IMG/VR virus record: IMGVR_UViG_3300030397_000890
Location: 1 to 47,646 of that record
DNA: 47,646 nt
Source of the DNA: a virus
Taxonomy: Duplodnaviria; Caudoviricetes
Strand: one strand, 5' to 3'
The notes below the pieces were generated by a model. That model was not told the origin of the DNA and searched no databases. It saw only the letters and a program-made list of their open reading frames with translations. The translations under genes were made by a program, and so were the position numbers. Below, one piece after another: positions 44,805 to 47,646 of this stretch; the stretch's first letter is position 1, and each line of letters starts with the position of its first letter.

Positions 44805-45375
44805 GGAAAAAGCGGGCGCTGAACTGGAAACATCACCCGCTTTAAACTGTCCGTTTCTTAGGTTACAGACACCTTAAATGAAAGTCAAGTTTCCAGTTTT
44901 TTTTAGCGGTGGATTGTAAACACAATAAACCGATGTTGAGTAATACCATGCCTATATGGGGTGCGACCGAGCTGTTGCAGCGGCAATCCATAACAAGGGC
45001 GAAAATACCCATCCGTGCCTGATGTAAAAGGCAACCTATGATGTCAATGCAATGTCATAGGTTATAAAAAACAAACCCAAGCTCTGCTTACCCAGCAACT
45101 TGGTTGGACAGCCAGCAATTACTTTTTTGCTGCAACCAAATGAGTCACTGTCCCCGTCAGTTAGATGGGTGTTTTGCCAGCTCGATAAACGTGGCAATTC
45201 CAGGATCGTCTCAAACGGTGGTAGATAGCCACTAGCGATACATGAGCGGGCACGCAATACTGGAAACATAACTGAGTACTGGAACACCACCAGATGATGT
45301 AATTATTTGAGCTTACATCATCTGTAGTCTAAATCCGATAGATCAGGATAGACTGTCCAGGAAAAGGGGATAACT
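44805..45375 (+). ncRNA. Candidate large structured non-coding RNA
   Basis: More than 10 stems including long-range helices with G-U pairs on the + strand; no credible ORF; TTGACA at 44754 upstream. Confidence 0.6.
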
Positions 45376-45402
45376 GTATCTTTTAATAAGAATCATCATA
45401 AT

Positions 45403-45467
45403 TAAAGAAAACGGCATTATCTTTATATAACGAATATAACGTGTAAAGAAAATGGCATTTCTTTTAC
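45403..45467. repeat. Two imperfect palindromic direct repeats (operator/origin-like)
   Basis: TAAAGAAAACGGCATTATCTTTA (45403) and TAAAGAAAATGGCATTTCTTTTA (45444), with ATATAACG twice between them. Confidence 0.7.
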
Positions 45468-45594
45468 AAGAACTATCAAGTTATAGCTAGTTTAGTCCAA
45501 TTTAACTAAGTTTAATGCATACACCCGATAAGCTACTTCTAGTAGAGGTAGAAAAGTTATGCGAATTTTCAACCAAGAAAACACAAGAATATAA

Positions 45595-45623
45595 TTGACA
45601 GTATGACTGGTGTGCGTTAAAAT
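45595..45623 (+). promoter_or_regulatory. Sigma70 early promoter
   Basis: TTGACA-17 bp-TAAAAT. Confidence 0.8.
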
Positions 45624-45662
45624 GGAATTATAACCTAAATTAAACCAAAAATGGAGCCAACA

Positions 45663-46052
45663 ATGAAAACATGTGAACAATTCTTTTATCAAGAAGAAGA
45701 AGTTACCTTCCTTAAAAAGCAAGCTTTGATGCAACATCTATGTGAAGATATTCCTTATGAGGATATCACACGTGCTGAAGACGAAGACAATGTCTTTGAC
45801 TACGGTGATGAGTATCAATTTTTCATAGGTACTACAGATGAGGTTAATTATTCTTTGTTATATAAGATTGACGAAAAAATTGAAGAGATAATTGATCTTG
45901 AGTGTGACGATCCTACAAGACTCCCTGTTGACATTAACCTATTTAAAGCTGAGCAATATTCGCTAGGTGCAGCGCACCATTTATCTGATGATGGCGAAGA
46001 GCATATCGAAGCGTGTGACGGTATTACGTTTTACTTATACAGGAGATATTAA
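45663..46052 (+). CDS. Acidic hypothetical protein (start 45651 or 45663)
   Basis: Very Asp/Glu-rich; GGAG RBS before ATG 45663. Confidence 0.75.
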   Translation: MKTCEQFFYQEEEVTFLKKQALMQHLCEDIPYEDITRAEDEDNVFDYGDEYQFFIGTTDEVNYSLLYKIDEKIEEIIDLECDDPTRLPVDINLFKAEQYSLGAAHHLSDDGEEHIEACDGITFYLYRRY

Positions 46053-46053
46053 G

Positions 46054-46179
46054 ATGAAAAAGAAAAGTAGTTTAGTAGACCCACTTTTAATAACAAGTCT
46101 AGTTAAGGTAACAAGCATTGTATGTGTATCAAATATTCTTATAAGTGCCCTTACGTGGACAATATTAAATCAAATCTAA
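46054..46179 (+). CDS. 41-aa membrane peptide
   Basis: AGGAG RBS; MKKKSSLVDPLLITSL... Confidence 0.55.
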   Translation: MKKKSSLVDPLLITSLVKVTSIVCVSNILISALTWTILNQI

Positions 46180-46190
46180 TGGAGGAAAAG

Positions 46191-46598
46191 ATGACTAATA
46201 AACCAACACACATTACCAAAGTAGAGCAAATTAACGACTTTGTTTTATTCACGGACGAAAACGGAAACATTCAGTGCAAACACAAGGAGGAATACATGGA
46301 AGCACAACAATACACATTTGACGATAAAGATAGAAACAAGCCTGTTCTAATTACAAAGGAAAAGGTTGAGGCAATGCGACAAGCTAAAATGCGTTTAAAG
46401 GCACATCAACAGGATAGTTTAACTAAGAGGGGCAGTGAGATGGCAAAGAAAGATGGGCTAGCCAAGTTACTTAACATTCTATTCGTTGTAGCTTTTCTTG
46501 TTGCCTTCTTCTCGATCATTGTATTTGGCTTAAGTGCAGAGTCAAGTGTTGAAGCGATAACTGATGAGCAATTGCTTATGGAATACGGGATCGAATAA
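46191..46598 (+). CDS. Hypothetical protein with C-terminal TM
   Basis: GGAGGA RBS before ATG 46191; LLNILFVVAFLVAFFSIIVFGL. Confidence 0.7.
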   Translation: MTNKPTHITKVEQINDFVLFTDENGNIQCKHKEEYMEAQQYTFDDKDRNKPVLITKEKVEAMRQAKMRLKAHQQDSLTKRGSEMAKKDGLAKLLNILFVVAFLVAFFSIIVFGLSAESSVEAITDEQLLMEYGIE

Positions 46599-46732
46599 AG
46601 TAAAGTTGATCTTGTATAATGCCCCCCACAAATAAGTCGTGAGGGGCTGGGATAAATTCCATTAAAAATGGATGATTTATCCTACATTAATGTAACGACA
46701 TGGTAAATAACTAATTTAAGAAAGGAAAAGTT

Positions 46733-46963
46733 ATGACAATAATAGTTGAATTAAAGATTGGGATATACCTAGATAACATACCAAAAGAGATTTATGATCC
46801 AGAAAAATATAGTTTATCTGAGGATTTAATAGAAACATTTCAAGATATAGCCAATTGCGCTTTACCACAAAATGTAGAAATAATGTATTTTGGTGAAGAT
46901 AAGCCACCAGTAAAGGTTTTTATTGAATCGTACGAAACGGAGGAAGTGAGATGCGAAGCATAA
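46733..46963 (+). CDS. Hypothetical protein
   Basis: AAAGGA RBS. Confidence 0.7.
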   Translation: MTIIVELKIGIYLDNIPKEIYDPEKYSLSEDLIETFQDIANCALPQNVEIMYFGEDKPPVKVFIESYETEEVRCEA

Positions 46964-47340
46964 TGAATACAGATGAATTAACATTAGGACAAATTAAGCA
47001 GTTACAGTCGCTCTTTGGTGCCAATGATATTGGCAGTACCGATGGGCTTTGTGATCAAGTTGGCAAAAAGGTGCTTGTGCGTACTTATAGTGCAGGTGTT
47101 TGGTTTGGCGTGCTTGAAAAAAAAGCAGGTAACGAAATATATCTAGCTAGCGCTAGGCGATTATGGAGGTGGAAGACCAAGAAAGGTATTTCTATATCAG
47201 AAATAGCTATATACGGCCTTGATCATGAAGGAAGCAAAGTTTGCGAAGCAGAAAAGAATTTAAAATGGTTAGAGGCTATTGAAATTTCTGAGTGTACTGC
47301 TGAGGCCATAGAAAGTATTGAGGATGCACCTAATGCCTAA
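46951..47340 (+). CDS. DUF6948-like phage protein
   Basis: VLVRTYSAGVWFG.L......L..ARRLWRW...SISEIA..G. Confidence 0.75.
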   Translation: MRSIMNTDELTLGQIKQLQSLFGANDIGSTDGLCDQVGKKVLVRTYSAGVWFGVLEKKAGNEIYLASARRLWRWKTKKGISISEIAIYGLDHEGSKVCEAEKNLKWLEAIEISECTAEAIESIEDAPNA

Positions 47341-47590
47341 GTTAGAAGAATATATAGGTAAAAATATTGGCTATGGCGATGGCGATGGCTATGGCTATGG
47401 CGATGGCGATGGCTATGGCTATGGCGATGGCTATGGCGATGGCTATGGCGATGGCTCTGGCGATGGCTCTGGCGATGGCTCTGGCGGTGGCGATGGCGAT
47501 GGCTATGGCTATGGCGATGGCTCTGGCGATGGCTATGGCGATGGCTCTGGCGATGGCTCTGGCGATGGCTCTGGCGGTGGCTGTTGTTAA
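47333..47590 (+). CDS. Gly-rich repeat protein (G-D/Y/S)n
   Basis: GAGGA RBS before ATG 47333; hexamer repeats GGCGAT/GGCTAT/GGCTCT 47369-47582. Confidence 0.7.
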   Translation: MPKLEEYIGKNIGYGDGDGYGYGDGDGYGYGDGYGDGYGDGSGDGSGDGSGGGDGDGYGYGDGSGDGYGDGSGDGSGDGSGGGCC

Positions 47591-47646
47591 TGATATGCGC
47601 AAAATAACACGAGTTCAGCTTTTAGATATGCTTGGAAAGTATATGG

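Noticed and set aside
45036-45290. 84-aa minus-strand ORF in the structured region
   Set aside because: No RBS or recognisable motif; the pairing pattern favours a + strand RNA
45240-45360. Group I intron core (TAGTC after a long hairpin)
   Set aside because: No convincing upstream P7 partner or J8/7 consensus, and no interrupted gene
44081-45467. CRISPR mini-array
   Set aside because: Repeats are too short or too few and have no spacer-length unique intervals; no cas genes
43750-45620. tRNA genes
   Set aside because: No cloverleaf with a GTTCRA T-loop seen by eye; tRNAscan-SE or ARAGORN would be decisive
46621-46647. GCCCC..GGGGC hairpin as terminator
   Set aside because: Interrupted stem with no U-tract; too weak to call
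47342-47602. Minus-strand (AI)n ORF
   Set aside because: Antisense shadow of the Gly-rich hexamer repeat

Overview
The window looks like a complete or near-complete ~47.6 kb tailed-phage genome; an ORF reads in frame across the end/start junction. It has an HK97-type head (protease, major capsid, portal), a Mu-like contractile tail and baseplate, and AT-rich composition. The host is probably an alphaproteobacterium, inferred from QQVQKYE-type XRE regulators, a GTA-like holin and capsid, and promoters lacking -7T. The packaging genes are split: a terminase-small-like gene lies at ~4.7 kb, while terL/portal/minor head lie at 33-37 kb, after the tail. I recognise no integrase, polymerase, helicase, primase or replication initiator. 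The most unusual element is a largely non-coding ~1.9 kb control region (43.75-45.62 kb). It holds several promoters, a candidate anti-Shine-Dalgarno sRNA, helically phased GGCC repeats and a ~570-nt densely base-paired candidate large ncRNA (~44805-45375) followed by operator-like repeats. Other notable points are a 'Russian-doll' triple nested domain insertion in the tail-completion protein, peptide-motif daisy chains among fibre genes, a P2-type -1 frameshift, a stand-alone response regulator beside the lysis genes, an ankyrin protein, and small proteins with eukaryote-like linear motifs. All family calls come from motif recognition by eye, not database searches.
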